From a virus: a stretch of 64,000 bases of DNA. The position numbers and the translations under genes were made by a program. The notes beneath the pieces were generated by a model. It was not told the origin of the DNA and did no database searches. It saw only the letters and a program-made list of their open reading frames with translations. This document shows, piece by piece, positions 16,936 through 29,200 of this stretch; within the stretch, counting starts at the first letter, position 1, and the number at the start of each line of letters is the position of its first letter. The DNA lies in the IMG/VR virus record IMGVR_UViG_3300027754_000055, positions 32,001 through 96,000 of that record. One strand, written 5' to 3'.

Positions 16936-19900
16936 ATGGCAGACCCCATAGGACCGACAGCAGACAATCTCAAGATTGCTCAGCAGCTTTTATCGGCAAT
17001 GTCACAAATCTCCGTTCAGCTTGAAAATCAAACCAAAGCTTATCGAGCGCAAGCAGATTTGGTTGAATCCTTATGCAAAGCACAAGAATGTTTTGGTAAA
17101 GTTGACAGCAATAAAATAAAAGCTGTATCTGATGGCCTAAAAACAGCTCAAGAAAATACAAAATCTTTTAGTGATGAACTTGTAAACACTGAGGCTGAAG
17201 CCGAAAAACTAAGAAGCAAAACCGCAGAGCTAGCTGCTGAAGCTAGAAAAGTATTAATCGCAGATGAATTCAAAGCTGGCTTACAATCTGGCCTAAATTT
17301 AACAAAAGCACTATTTGGAAGTTTGATGCGTATTGGCAGCACAGGACTTAGTGGTATTATGGGTATTGGAAAAGCATTGCTTTCCATCCCAGGAAACATA
17401 TTGAACTTTTTCCAAAGTAATGCCGGTGGAGGAACAGATCCGTGGCGTGAAGCCCTCGAAGAATTGCGTGATAAATTTGGTAGCTTGCAGGTAGGAACAA
17501 GTAAAGCTGTTCTGGGCATGATGAATAATGTGAATCAATTTAATGATTCTGGCCTACGGCTTGGACGTGTATTTGGATATGGTCGTGCTGGTGCGGCAGC
17601 AGCCATGAAAGAGTTCATGAAAGTCGCTGAAGAAATGGGGCCTATGGCCATGCGATTTATGGATGCGACGAAGGGTGTTTCTGGGCAGTTATTAGTTTTA
17701 ACTAAATCAACAGGGCTCACAGGAGATGCTCTCAGGTCATTACAAATCTCAGCGGATAATGGCGGTGAAAGTGTTGCGACTGCTGTACAGAAAATGAGTG
17801 TGGAGCTTGTTAGAGCACAAAGAACTTTTGGTATTTCTGTAAAAGAAATGGGTAGAGACCTGGAAGTCATGATGAAAGATGTCGGCACCTTTGGTGTCAT
17901 GTCCAGAGATACCATGATTAAAACCAGCGTTTATGCTCGTAAGCTTGGTTTATCCATGGAAGCCTTGAAAAAGGTAATGGATAAAACATTAAATTTCGAG
18001 GATACGGCAAACATGGCCGGTGGATTGGCTGAAGCATTCAATATGAATATTGATGCCATGAAAATGATGAAGGCACAAACACCAGCAGAAAAGCTTGATC
18101 AATTAAGGGAAGCCTTCTTCCGAACCGGTAAAAACATTGATCAAATGAGCATTGCTGAGCGTAAGCATCTATCAAATCTTACTGGTTTATCCGAAGAAGA
18201 AACACGCATTGCATTTGCTCAAAAAAACAGGGCACTGACAGGTGCCGCAGTAGATGCACAGATGAAGAAGTCCCAAAAAACGCAGATAACGCAAGAACAG
18301 GCCATGCACGAGTTGGCGGATTCTATTAAAAGATTGACGCAGTCTGGCAGCGGAATGAAGGGTGGATTCTTTGATACTTTTTTCAAGGGATTTGAAGCAG
18401 GTATGTTAAGGACAAGAGAATTTAGGAAAGTCTCCAGAGAAATCCAGCGTGATATGCGTATTGTTTATCGAGCCGGGGTTGATGTAGGAAGAATGTTTGT
18501 TCATTATTTTCCAGGAATAAAACAAGTGCTTGATGCTCTTGGTGATATGTTTGCTCCTGCAAAATTCAGAAGAATGATGAATTCTGTCAAAAATATATTT
18601 GCAATATTCTTTATAGATTTACAACGAGATCCAAAAGCTGGTGTTCAAAATTTCATGAAAAACATGAAGAAAGCCTTCTTTAGTTTTTTTGATTCAAATA
18701 GCGGAGCAGGTAGAAGCTTTCTTGATGGAATGAAAAAATTCTGGAAAGCTTTTGGCGCTATTGCAGTTGAAGGATTGAGGTTTGGGATTGAATCCATTAG
18801 GGATGCTGCTAAAGGCATCACCGGTTTCCTTAAAAACCCAAGATCTTTCATGGAAGGAGCTTCCAAGGCTGGCAGTGGTATATCTGGAGCTATTGCACAG
18901 GCAATTAGTTATGCATACAAAGAACTATGGCCCGTGATGAAAGAAGCTGGTATCGCCGTTGGTGAAATGTTGATGACGGTGCTCACTGATTATGTTGGAC
19001 CATTTTTAAGACGACATGCGGTAGCTATTGGCGCAACATTATTTGGAATGATATTTGGACCAGCATTTATTAGGGCAGGAATTGCTGCCTTACTTGGCGG
19101 CGGTGGGGGTGGTATATTTAGTGCTATTGCCGGTGCCGTTGGAAGAGTATTTAATTTTACAGGAGGTGCAGATGCGGCAGATAAAAAGGCGGATGAACAA
19201 AGAACTGTAGCTCAAAGCTTTCAGAATACATTGAAAAATACTGCTAGGTCTGCATCTGGTATTTTATTAGGAATCACTGCTTTGGCTGGCATTATGTATA
19301 TTCTTATGCCCGCATTCACTGCCCTTCTTTCATTTATAAATAGCAATAATATTACAGCAGCGAACATTGGCGTTGCTTTGTTGGCTGTAGCTGGAATGAC
19401 TGCGCTTATCGTCGGAATTGAAAAAGTAAAATTTTTAGATTCATTAACAAAACTAGGGGATGCCGCTAAAGCAGGGGGCGGTAATTTATTATTAGGTGCG
19501 CTTGCCGCACTTGCCGCACTTGTTTTAGTGGGCGGGGCTGCCATTGTAGTGATAGAAACATTTTCTGTTTACAATGAATCTCAAGTAAAAACTGCAATGA
19601 TTGCCATGTATGCAATGACTGGTTTATTTTTTGTCATGGTTCCATTGATTGGTGCTCTCGCTATTATTGGAGCATTATTGCCAGTTGTAGGTGTGGCTGC
19701 TATTGGTATGCTGGCAATAGCACCGTTAATGACTAAAATAGGAGAAAAAACAATTGAAATCGTAAGATTATTCAACGGTATTCCAACCGAACAAGTATCA
19801 ACTGCTACAAATGCCATAAAAAATATAATAAATGTTTATTCTGTCATTGCAAATTCAATGGTTTCAATGGGCCTTTTAGCTATAATAAGACCTTCTACAA

Positions 19901-22341
19901 TTCTCAGTATTGTTGATAAAATTACTACTCTAGTGCGACAAATCAGTGTATCAGTCGTGGATATGATTCGCTCCATAGATTTAAGTGGTGATGTAAACTT
20001 GTTAAAAGCCAAAGCAGAAGTGTTTTCTGCCGCCTTATTAGGAATCGCAGCAATTGTTACTCCAATAACAAATTTTGGCAAAGCATTAGCCGAAAATGAT
20101 TCAATATTTGATTCTGGGGAAATGGAAAGAATCGTTGTAGAGCTAAGTCATATGATGACTGCAATGTTTTCTGGTATTCAGAATATAGTTAGGGAAATTG
20201 GCGCTCTCAATCTTGGCACAGATCCAGGACTAATGAAATCAAAAGCAGAAGTCTTTTCTGTTGTACTAAATGGAATCGCTGCAATCATTACGCCAATATC
20301 AACATTTGGATCAACTATTGGTACTGCGGCTGGTGGTTTCTTTTCAAACAGCGCCGATGTAACAAGAACTATTACGGAGCTTGGAATATCAATGCCAATT
20401 ATTTTAAGATCAATTGGCACTCTAGCAACAACATTACTAACACAATTAAATGCAATAACGGCTTCAGTAGATCCCGTAAAACTAAAATCCGTAGCAGAAG
20501 TTTTAATGTATACATTAAAATCGGTTATGGATGTGGTTATTACACTGATGAGTGTGTTTAGTGGAGGAAGGATGGCCACAGGAGCAGGAATAGGCGGCGC
20601 AATTGGATCATTTGCGGGACCAGTTGGGGCCGTTGTCGGAACTGTAATTGGTCAAACGATAGCAGCAAGGGCTGATCAACAGGAGTTCCAAAGAAAAATA
20701 AGCGGTATAACAGCAATATTCTCAATGCTGAAAAATAATCTAAAAGACGTTATTGAAGCAGTGACTGTTCCGATGGGAGTGCTTTTAAGTTCGCCCAATA
20801 TTACAGCGGATTCATTAAAAGCAGTTGCGGCCCTTGGAGATATCATGAAAGGTATCGGAAATATTTTAGTCGGAATTGGTGGGGCTGCGGCAGCATTACC
20901 ACGAAATCCAACATCGCCAAGAGACTTAGGGCGAATAACATTGCTGCTAGATGTAATAACTCCATTTATTAAAGGTTTAACAGATAGAGTCATAGAAGTA
21001 ATACAGTCATTTACCGTATTTAATGCTGCACAAATAGACTCGCTCAATTCAGTTACCCCAATACTTTCTGTGTTCTTCGGCTTTATATCTAGCTTTACTG
21101 GTATAATTTACAATGCGATGGAAATGATGAAAGGAAAAAGCCCTGATGAAATGAATAGAATTGCAGGAACGATAGTTCATTTTATCAATACACTTAGTAA
21201 TCAGACACAAAATATGATGCGAGGAATACCCGCTCTCGTACTAGCCATATCATCAATAGATCTGTCCGGTATTGACCCAAACGCCTTGGCGGGAAAAATC
21301 ACGTCAGTTAAGGCTGTGCTAGATCTCGTTGGTAGTATTAGCGCAGCAACAAAAGGCATTCAAGACGTAGCGCAAGCCAAACTCGGCGCTGCGGATATGG
21401 CAGCTAAAATTGTGCAGCCAATTGTTGATTTATTACTTACGATGTTTACTGATATAAATGCAGATGGCGTTATTGGTTTGGGCAATTCCTTGCGGTTTGC
21501 GTTAAACGCCTTATCAGAATTTACATTCCCCCGTGGTTTAACGGCCAAAATTGCTTCAATGAAATCATTATTTGAATTAATAAAAACCATTTCAGATGCC
21601 GCCGCTTCTTTAAATACTCTGGGTGGTGCAGGGGCGCAAACACCAATGCGGGCAGATGTAATGAACATTCCTCTCAGCAATCTTGCTATTATGATAAATA
21701 GCCTTAAGAGTAAATATATATTTTTCGGCGGCACAAAACATTATAATCCCTTGAGTAGCCCAGGAGAATATTTTGGACCATTGGCTGCTATGCTACCAGG
21801 AATTACCGGTAAAGGAGCACTCTTAACGAATATTAAAAACATTGTTACTGAGATGCTTAGTTCTGCAAAATCAATTGCCGAACAGCCCATTGTGCCACCC
21901 AGCCCAAATCTTGGAACAAGTTTAGCAAACATGACCAGTGTGCTTGGAACAATAGATTCTTATTTTGGGCCAGCAGTTCAAGAAGGATCGATCAACAATT
22001 TGCTTGACAATATTCACAGAAATACCAAGGGCAGAGTAAGTCATGATCTTAGCGTAGTCGTGGAACGATACAATTCATTATCCAGAGATTTAGCTCGTAT
22101 GAATGCGATAGACATAGATGCTTCGTTGACAAGACTAAATGATGGCTTGGGTCGGAATCGTGTGGTCCAAATTGAAAATGCTGCGGCAAATATTACAATT
22201 AACCTAGATGTTAAATTGAGAACCGAAGACATAGAAACTGCTCTATTTACCCGAAGCAACAAAGGTGCAGCACCAGGACCGGGCGGCAGCATAGCTAGAG
22301 CTAATTTCGTTCCACAAAGCCATGATACAGCAGGACACTGA
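16936..22341 (+). CDS. Tail tape measure protein
   Basis: 1801 aa, helical A/G/M-rich, hydrophobic segments, internal ~78-aa repeats, followed by baseplate genes. Confidence 0.85.
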   Translation: MADPIGPTADNLKIAQQLLSAMSQISVQLENQTKAYRAQADLVESLCKAQECFGKVDSNKIKAVSDGLKTAQENTKSFSDELVNTEAEAEKLRSKTAELAAEARKVLIADEFKAGLQSGLNLTKALFGSLMRIGSTGLSGIMGIGKALLSIPGNILNFFQSNAGGGTDPWREALEELRDKFGSLQVGTSKAVLGMMNNVNQFNDSGLRLGRVFGYGRAGAAAAMKEFMKVAEEMGPMAMRFMDATKGVSGQLLVLTKSTGLTGDALRSLQISADNGGESVATAVQKMSVELVRAQRTFGISVKEMGRDLEVMMKDVGTFGVMSRDTMIKTSVYARKLGLSMEALKKVMDKTLNFEDTANMAGGLAEAFNMNIDAMKMMKAQTPAEKLDQLREAFFRTGKNIDQMSIAERKHLSNLTGLSEEETRIAFAQKNRALTGAAVDAQMKKSQKTQITQEQAMHELADSIKRLTQSGSGMKGGFFDTFFKGFEAGMLRTREFRKVSREIQRDMRIVYRAGVDVGRMFVHYFPGIKQVLDALGDMFAPAKFRRMMNSVKNIFAIFFIDLQRDPKAGVQNFMKNMKKAFFSFFDSNSGAGRSFLDGMKKFWKAFGAIAVEGLRFGIESIRDAAKGITGFLKNPRSFMEGASKAGSGISGAIAQAISYAYKELWPVMKEAGIAVGEMLMTVLTDYVGPFLRRHAVAIGATLFGMIFGPAFIRAGIAALLGGGGGGIFSAIAGAVGRVFNFTGGADAADKKADEQRTVAQSFQNTLKNTARSASGILLGITALAGIMYILMPAFTALLSFINSNNITAANIGVALLAVAGMTALIVGIEKVKFLDSLTKLGDAAKAGGGNLLLGALAALAALVLVGGAAIVVIETFSVYNESQVKTAMIAMYAMTGLFFVMVPLIGALAIIGALLPVVGVAAIGMLAIAPLMTKIGEKTIEIVRLFNGIPTEQVSTATNAIKNIINVYSVIANSMVSMGLLAIIRPSTILSIVDKITTLVRQISVSVVDMIRSIDLSGDVNLLKAKAEVFSAALLGIAAIVTPITNFGKALAENDSIFDSGEMERIVVELSHMMTAMFSGIQNIVREIGALNLGTDPGLMKSKAEVFSVVLNGIAAIITPISTFGSTIGTAAGGFFSNSADVTRTITELGISMPIILRSIGTLATTLLTQLNAITASVDPVKLKSVAEVLMYTLKSVMDVVITLMSVFSGGRMATGAGIGGAIGSFAGPVGAVVGTVIGQTIAARADQQEFQRKISGITAIFSMLKNNLKDVIEAVTVPMGVLLSSPNITADSLKAVAALGDIMKGIGNILVGIGGAAAALPRNPTSPRDLGRITLLLDVITPFIKGLTDRVIEVIQSFTVFNAAQIDSLNSVTPILSVFFGFISSFTGIIYNAMEMMKGKSPDEMNRIAGTIVHFINTLSNQTQNMMRGIPALVLAISSIDLSGIDPNALAGKITSVKAVLDLVGSISAATKGIQDVAQAKLGAADMAAKIVQPIVDLLLTMFTDINADGVIGLGNSLRFALNALSEFTFPRGLTAKIASMKSLFELIKTISDAAASLNTLGGAGAQTPMRADVMNIPLSNLAIMINSLKSKYIFFGGTKHYNPLSSPGEYFGPLAAMLPGITGKGALLTNIKNIVTEMLSSAKSIAEQPIVPPSPNLGTSLANMTSVLGTIDSYFGPAVQEGSINNLLDNIHRNTKGRVSHDLSVVVERYNSLSRDLARMNAIDIDASLTRLNDGLGRNRVVQIENAAANITINLDVKLRTEDIETALFTRSNKGAAPGPGGSIARANFVPQSHDTAGH

Positions 22342-22347
22342 TATAAT

Positions 22348-22533
22348 ATGAATAATTTAAAAGAAAAAGTAATGGAAAATAAGTTTTTGCTATCTCTACT
22401 AAATCAAATGAATCCATCAGAAAAGGAAAACACCCTATCTGTTATCAATGGATTGCTTGAAGAAATGCAAGGCAAATCAGAAGGTTTGACCAAAGCAATC
22501 CAAGAGGCTTCTAAAAAACAGCCACCTAAATAG
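22348..22533 (+). CDS. Small hypothetical protein
   Basis: ORF in tail operon. Confidence 0.65.
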   Translation: MNNLKEKVMENKFLLSLLNQMNPSEKENTLSVINGLLEEMQGKSEGLTKAIQEASKKQPPK

Positions 22534-22553
22534 TTATCGTAAGATAAACTATT

Positions 22554-25500
22554 ATGAGCAAGCCATTACCTCCAACACCAGAACAATTACAAGATCCAGA
22601 TCCATCCATAAGAGGATCACGCCGAAGGATGACAATTTATTATAATGTCAATCAAGAGCCGGACGTTGGTTTGCCATTGGCTCAGCTTGGAACTATTGAT
22701 ATAGCAGATCCTATAAAACAAAGATATGTAGAAGTTTTAAGCCAACAAACTATCAATGCACAAAATTCTATTCCAATTGCACCCAACTCTTCAGTGGGCC
22801 ATTTTTACGAAACACCAGACCCAGAACAGATACAATATATTTCAAATGATGGAAATAATCCAAGCGGCGTACCAAATGCAATCACAAACTTCTTTGTAAC
22901 TCCTAGCCAGTTTAATTTTATAGGAACTGATAGAAAAGGCGTCAGTGAACCAAAAAAAATAACTACTCGTACTTTTAGTATAAACAGATATGTAAAAAAT
23001 ATCAACACAGATGCTATAAAACATGGAGCCCTGATAGATCAACAACTTCTTAGCACCACTGGATTCAATTCACTGGAAAGTAATCAGTTTGTTGTCGTCG
23101 ATGGCACTCAAGAAAAACCCGATGATCGTTTAAAAATTGGTCCAATATATTATAATAAAAAAGGCGCTTATAAAAATACCAGCTTCGTCGGCCAACCAGT
23201 ATTAAATGGTTCAACCGTAACTGCCACAAGTATGTCCTTGGAGCATTTAAAGAAAATTGGTCTAAATATTCTGTATGATGCCGTTCAAGCTGGTGCTGGT
23301 CCTGATATAGATCCAACAAATGGAGATGGCGGTTTTTCTGAAGCTGAAGCTGGGATGGCTGTGCCATCATTGCCTAGAATTGGTAAAAAAGTAAGACTAA
23401 GCAGATTTTCTCCATCATATGAAGCTAAAAAACTTTTCGGCGTAGATAAACCAAATAACCCGTCATTTATTGACAATGAAGTAGGTGAAAATCCTACTAT
23501 GACATATGGCAATTTCTATAACCCATTTTCTCAATTTGATTCACTAGTTTCACTCGGTCAAATTGCCGTTTGTGTTGCGATGGTAATCTCATTTGTTGTC
23601 ATATTGGAATTAACTTCTATTGCAATTCCACATGACAATAGAGAACGTCTAGTGTACGATCCCCAAGCCATAGATTATGCAAATAATAAAATACTTGGAA
23701 CTTCTACCATTCCAAATCTACCTGCATATCCAACCGATGGAATGTCTGGCGGTGAGTTCCTACAACAATTTCTCGGAATCAAGGGACTTTTTACTTACAC
23801 TTTTCATGCATTCGATGACTGTTTGCAGAATGGCTTAGAAGAGTTTTTTGGCGTGCCAGGATTAAGAGATGGAACTGGTACTGCATTGGCGTCTGGTGCT
23901 TTGAGAATATTGTTGGAAAGCGGAAGATTAAATACCGTACTGAGAGATGTTATTCGTAATGGTATAGATATTATTACTAGCTCCGATCTAAATGGAGGTC
24001 CATATAGTATTGAAGCGACTGGTCGAATTATAAGAGATATTAGAGATAGCAAAATTCTTAAATTTGTTAATGTTTTGGCACAAATCGGAGATAAGATTGC
24101 CTGGGAATTAAAACTAAAAGGAACAAATACAAAAATAGGTAGCAATATAAGTGTTGTAGATACACTGCCAGACACAAGGCGTTTTTTAATAGCAAAATCA
24201 AGATTAAGTGATGGAAGATTGGGATGGTCAAATAGCAACTCTCCAATGCTTCATCTCCCATTGACATCGTTATTTGTTACAGGGGCAGATCATAGGCCAA
24301 GGCTGGAAACCGGTATAAGTGATACAACAGGACTTGATTTTCTTATTCTTAATGATAATTTAATGCAAACAGCACTTCATCAAGAAATTATTTCTTCAGC
24401 CTCAACTGATCTTGGAGGTGAAATTGGATCATTTCCAACAAAAAATAGATTATCAAAAGATTTAGTGGAAAAAATGGAGGAACAACTGGAAGCAGATTAT
24501 ATGCCCTTTTATGTTCAAGACTTAAGAACAAATGAGATATTATCTTTTCATGCTTTCCTAGAGGATTCTTCTGAAGATTTCAGCGTCGAATATACGCAGC
24601 AAGATGGCTATGGTCGAATGGATAAAGTGCAAATATACAAAGGCACTACCAGAAAAATAAACGTATCTTTTAAAATGGTTGCGACCAATGAAGAAGATCA
24701 TAATCTTATGTGGTATAAAATTAATCGGCTAGCAATGACAATTTATCCACAATGGACACAGGGCAGAGAAGTGAATGTTGGTGGCATCAAGTTTATTCAA
24801 CCATTTTCACAAATACCCGGTGCTACGCCCGTAGTTCGACTGAGACTTGGCGACTTATGGAGATCCAATTATAGTAAACAATCTATCGCAAGACTTTTCG
24901 GAGCTACAACACGAGAAGATTTTAATATATTCGGAGCCAATGCTAGAACTAGATCTGACGTTAGCGCCAGATCCCAAATCGATGCGGCAAATAAAACAAA
25001 CAGATTAATATGTGCAATGAAACCAGGAGGCGGATTTACAACAAGTGCCACACAGCCCACCACGCAGGCTAATGGTGCTATATTAGTTAATCCTAATGAT
25101 ATTTTTACTGCAAATAGATCTAAAATATATTTAAAAGGTGATTACCCAGGCGTAGAATCTATTTTGGATGAAAATTTTACTCCTCGCCCACCCAACACAA
25201 CATGGGCATTAGGCCAAGGAAAATTAATTGAATGTTCATATGTAGAAACTATTACGACAGGAATAAGATTAAATTTTGAAAGAGTCATGGAAGAACCAAC
25301 GGATATTGCTTCTGGATATAGTTTAGAACCTAAAGATGGCAAGCAAAATATAATAATACTACAAATTCAATACCTTAAATCAAATATTGATATTGATTTT
25401 ACTATGTTTTCATTACGCACCGAATTACAATCGCAACCGGAAAATACCCAAAACACTACTACTGCTGGCGAACAGGGTTTGCAGGATTTAAATCCAACTC

Positions 25501-25868
25501 AATTTTTTGATGATACAAAAAACCCAATTCTCAAATCATTTAGTTCAACATATGGAAAAGGTTTAGCAGGCGTTGTTACTGAATTCAAGGTTGACTACGG
25601 GGAAGCAAAAGGCGCATGGGGAACAAATGGTAATAGTTTTTTAAGAGCACCAAAGTTCGTCACAATTAATTTAGGCATGCAAGTAATTCACGACATACCA
25701 CTTGGCCTTGATGCAAATGGCATCATGAATGCACCAATATGGTCTGTGGGTAATATGTCAAGGCAACTTGGAGGAATAACTGAGCCATTACCTAAACTAC
25801 AAAATAGAAGTTATTTGAACGATGATAATCTTGGCGTTTTCAAAAAACCATTAATTAACAGAAGGTAA
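22554..25868 (+). CDS. Baseplate/tube-initiator-like structural protein
   Basis: PFYVQDLRT..SFHAFL..GYGRMD..YKGTTRKI..SF motif resembles contractile-tail tube initiators; TAGTTA upstream. Confidence 0.6.
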   Translation: MSKPLPPTPEQLQDPDPSIRGSRRRMTIYYNVNQEPDVGLPLAQLGTIDIADPIKQRYVEVLSQQTINAQNSIPIAPNSSVGHFYETPDPEQIQYISNDGNNPSGVPNAITNFFVTPSQFNFIGTDRKGVSEPKKITTRTFSINRYVKNINTDAIKHGALIDQQLLSTTGFNSLESNQFVVVDGTQEKPDDRLKIGPIYYNKKGAYKNTSFVGQPVLNGSTVTATSMSLEHLKKIGLNILYDAVQAGAGPDIDPTNGDGGFSEAEAGMAVPSLPRIGKKVRLSRFSPSYEAKKLFGVDKPNNPSFIDNEVGENPTMTYGNFYNPFSQFDSLVSLGQIAVCVAMVISFVVILELTSIAIPHDNRERLVYDPQAIDYANNKILGTSTIPNLPAYPTDGMSGGEFLQQFLGIKGLFTYTFHAFDDCLQNGLEEFFGVPGLRDGTGTALASGALRILLESGRLNTVLRDVIRNGIDIITSSDLNGGPYSIEATGRIIRDIRDSKILKFVNVLAQIGDKIAWELKLKGTNTKIGSNISVVDTLPDTRRFLIAKSRLSDGRLGWSNSNSPMLHLPLTSLFVTGADHRPRLETGISDTTGLDFLILNDNLMQTALHQEIISSASTDLGGEIGSFPTKNRLSKDLVEKMEEQLEADYMPFYVQDLRTNEILSFHAFLEDSSEDFSVEYTQQDGYGRMDKVQIYKGTTRKINVSFKMVATNEEDHNLMWYKINRLAMTIYPQWTQGREVNVGGIKFIQPFSQIPGATPVVRLRLGDLWRSNYSKQSIARLFGATTREDFNIFGANARTRSDVSARSQIDAANKTNRLICAMKPGGGFTTSATQPTTQANGAILVNPNDIFTANRSKIYLKGDYPGVESILDENFTPRPPNTTWALGQGKLIECSYVETITTGIRLNFERVMEEPTDIASGYSLEPKDGKQNIIILQIQYLKSNIDIDFTMFSLRTELQSQPENTQNTTTAGEQGLQDLNPTQFFDDTKNPILKSFSSTYGKGLAGVVTEFKVDYGEAKGAWGTNGNSFLRAPKFVTINLGMQVIHDIPLGLDANGIMNAPIWSVGNMSRQLGGITEPLPKLQNRSYLNDDNLGVFKKPLINRR

Positions 25869-25873
25869 CGGAA

Positions 25874-26167
25874 ATGGCAATAAGCAGATATAGTTTATCA
25901 CCAAAAATTAATTTTGGTTTTCAATATGGCACCAGTGAAACAATTTCTTTAATAAGAGCAGGAATAGCTTCTGGTGCAATAGCAACACAAGTGATTTTCT
26001 TAAAAGAAATAGTTAGATTGGATGTTCTTGCTGGGCAATATTATGGTGACGGAAGGTACTACTGGCTCCTATGTTGCGGTTCAAACGTGGGCTGGGCACT
26101 TCAAACGCCTCCAAATACACGAATTGTGATACCAAATTTAGAACAATCTTTGAGATATTTAGGTTAA
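25874..26167 (+). CDS. Baseplate wedge LysM-like (gp53/tail X-like) protein
   Basis: RLDVLAGQYYGDGRYYWLL...N...IVIP. Confidence 0.75.
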   Translation: MAISRYSLSPKINFGFQYGTSETISLIRAGIASGAIATQVIFLKEIVRLDVLAGQYYGDGRYYWLLCCGSNVGWALQTPPNTRIVIPNLEQSLRYLG

Positions 26168-26210
26168 AAAATATATCTTATGATTCTTTATGTACTTAAG
26201 ATAAATTACA

Positions 26211-29200
26211 ATGCTTAAATTAGATTTAAAACTCACAAAAGAACAAAAAAGTATTCGTTTAGGAAAAATAAGAGATCGTTTTGCTCCATATTTTGGTTTT
26301 GTTGTGTCAGGAAGTATATCGGAAGCACTCGCACTTAATCAAGCTATTAATTCCCAAAGACAAAATGAAATAAGTGGTGCAGTTAATCCAGCAGGTCGTC
26401 TTGCATTAACTCCTGACCGTAACGCAGCACAGGTTTTTAATATATTTCTTGATGGTGGCTCAGGTGCATTAAAAGCCATAGCTGATCAACAACCAGCTAG
26501 TCCTGGTAGCAGCACGACTACAGATTCATCTATTAAAGGAAGAATTATTAATCTTTTTACAGGTGCCGATACTCATGCTACACAAAATTTTTCAAATTAT
26601 GTTCAAATGCATTATTGCAATAGCCAAAACACCACACAGGCCGGAGAAAAAACATTTTTTCCAAATCTAGATAGAATTGGATTTAATAATAATGATGAAA
26701 GATCAAAACAAAAATTATCTGTTTTTAGGATGATTCATCCACTTTTAGCCCCAGGTGAAAAAAATGCAGATTTATTGACAATATTTTTTAATGCTTTCCC
26801 AACACTAGAATTAGTAAGAGCTACACCAGTACTTGATATTAAAATGTATTCTTCACGACAAGTATTTCAAGATGGTAGACTTGCTGCTATTTCTCTGCAA
26901 AAAACCTTAGAAGGTGCCGTTGAAGCACCTGATGGAACAAATCAAAATTCAGCTTTAAGGGCAATTGGTCTCGCTAACCAAACAACCTCTTCACAATTTG
27001 GAGATAGCTCATTAGATTTTCAAAATTATTCTATTGCCGGTATGGAACTATTCCGTGCTCCACAAACCATGGTAAATCCAGATGCAACAAAAATAAAAAG
27101 CAATTTTCTTGCTCCTGTCATTGACCCATTTCGACCATTGGCATCAATAAAAAGTTTTGATGTGGATGTTAAAAGTGCCGTGGGACTTATTTCAACTAAA
27201 ACAGCAAAACTTGAAATTGTATTACACGATAGATCAAGAATGGGAGAATTTGCGGATATTATTAAACCGGATCGTTACGGCTCTTCTTTTATTGAAGTAG
27301 AATACGGATGGTCGCACCCAGACCAAATGGAACATGACCCAAATAGTTTAAACGGAAATCCTTATGCCGATATATTAAATCTTACTCGTACAAAAGAACA
27401 TTATAATATTACCAATAGTTCCTTTAGCTTTGATGAGGTCGGACAAGTTAATATATCCTTAAATCTAGTTACTCGTGGCGCTTCAGAGATGACAGAATTA
27501 TCAATTACTGGAAACCAGGAATATTTAAAACAACAACTGAGGATTATAGAAAATATATCAAAAACAATAAATCGTTTATCAGCTGTTGCTTTTGGAAATC
27601 AAAGAGAAACTCAGGGTGGTACAAATACGCATCGACAAGAAGTTAGAGGCCATCAAATGCTGGGGGCTGTAGGCGATGCCACAAATATGCTTGTTGTGAA
27701 CGCAGAATTACTGAATTCATTACGCCAATTAAGAGAATCATTAGATTCTCGTATTACAGGGAGAGGAAATGCGGCATCATCGGACAATGTAAGAAGTGCT
27801 TCCGAACAAATGGTGCGTGAAATAAATTCTTTGTTAGGTCCAAGTACTTCTACCAGCACAACTCAAGTAGTTACGGGAGCAATAGGAAATATACAGTCAT
27901 CGGTCAATAGAGATATTTATGAATCTCTAAGAAATATAAATAAAACAGATCCTACTAATATGAATGATTTTGATGCAGATATATTTTTCAATAATATGCC
28001 TGAAAATCAAAAAAATTATTTTAAAAGCAATGCAAACGTATTAACAAGAAGAGATCCTCCAATTAGACGTGGAGCAGAAACAAACGAGAACAATCAATTA
28101 TTAGATGTTGCGGAATTAAATCATAATCTTGGTAACAATAGAAGAAAAGTTGTATCGTTAGGAACTTTATTTACAGCATTTGTGGCTAAACCGTTAGCAA
28201 TGATACAAGACACATCAACAGCACAAGATAAATTTGAAGAAGTGCAAGTTTATTTTTATAATTTCAACAATAAAGCTAGCAGGATGAGTCACTGCAATAT
28301 AAGTCAATTTCCAATAATGATAGATTTTTTTGCACGTGAATATTCACGATTAAGATTAGAGAATTTAAATAGATCAGTAAACATGTCGGTAATAGAATTT
28401 GTCAACTTTCTAGCTAATAAAATGGTCGATGACTCTATGAATCCAGCCTACGGCATAAGTGATTTATATAGATATAATAGTGAAAGTAGAGAATTAGAAA
28501 TTGCTACGAGTGGACGCAATGAAGAAGTTAGACAAGATAATTTTAATCTTAGAATGAGAAATGTTATGGAAAGTAATAACATTGGACATTCGCCAGATTT
28601 CCAGATGCCACAGATAACATTAGACATTGAAGCTGTTCCTTATGCTTATGACGAAAAAAAAACTATATTAAAACTACACATTTATGATAAAGCTTGTTCA
28701 TCTACAGCACCTTTAAGAGAACTATTATCTTTATCAACAGAAAATCTCATGTCAACGCTTTCGTCGTTTCCCGCAAATCAAGAATCCGCAGAGGCGCAAG
28801 AACAAGCAAATGCTGCGGAAAGTAATTCAACACAAGCAAACGCTAGACATCATCATCATGGTCATAGGCAAAATAGAAATCCAGCACCAGCAACAGTAGA
28901 TCCACATCCATTGATGAGTGCATGGAGAAGCTCTTATCGAACTATTTTAGATCATGCAAATGATATTGGAATGATCGTGCCTGTCAATGAGGCCGCTAGA
29001 AATTTATTAAATAATATTAATCAACAAATATCAAACATACCACAAAATCCACAATTTAGGTTTACAGGTGGACCAAAGAGATTAAAGGAAATGGTTATGC
29101 AGTATGTGCCGCATATTATTTATGGGTCCATGTATTCAACAGTTAAATCTGCAAATTTATCGACACAGCAAAATGCACAGCTTGCATCGATTAATATGTT

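Noticed and set aside
16970-22292. Many antisense ORFs within the tape measure and baseplate genes
   Set aside because: Shadow ORFs from codon bias; no RBS, promoter or recognisable motifs
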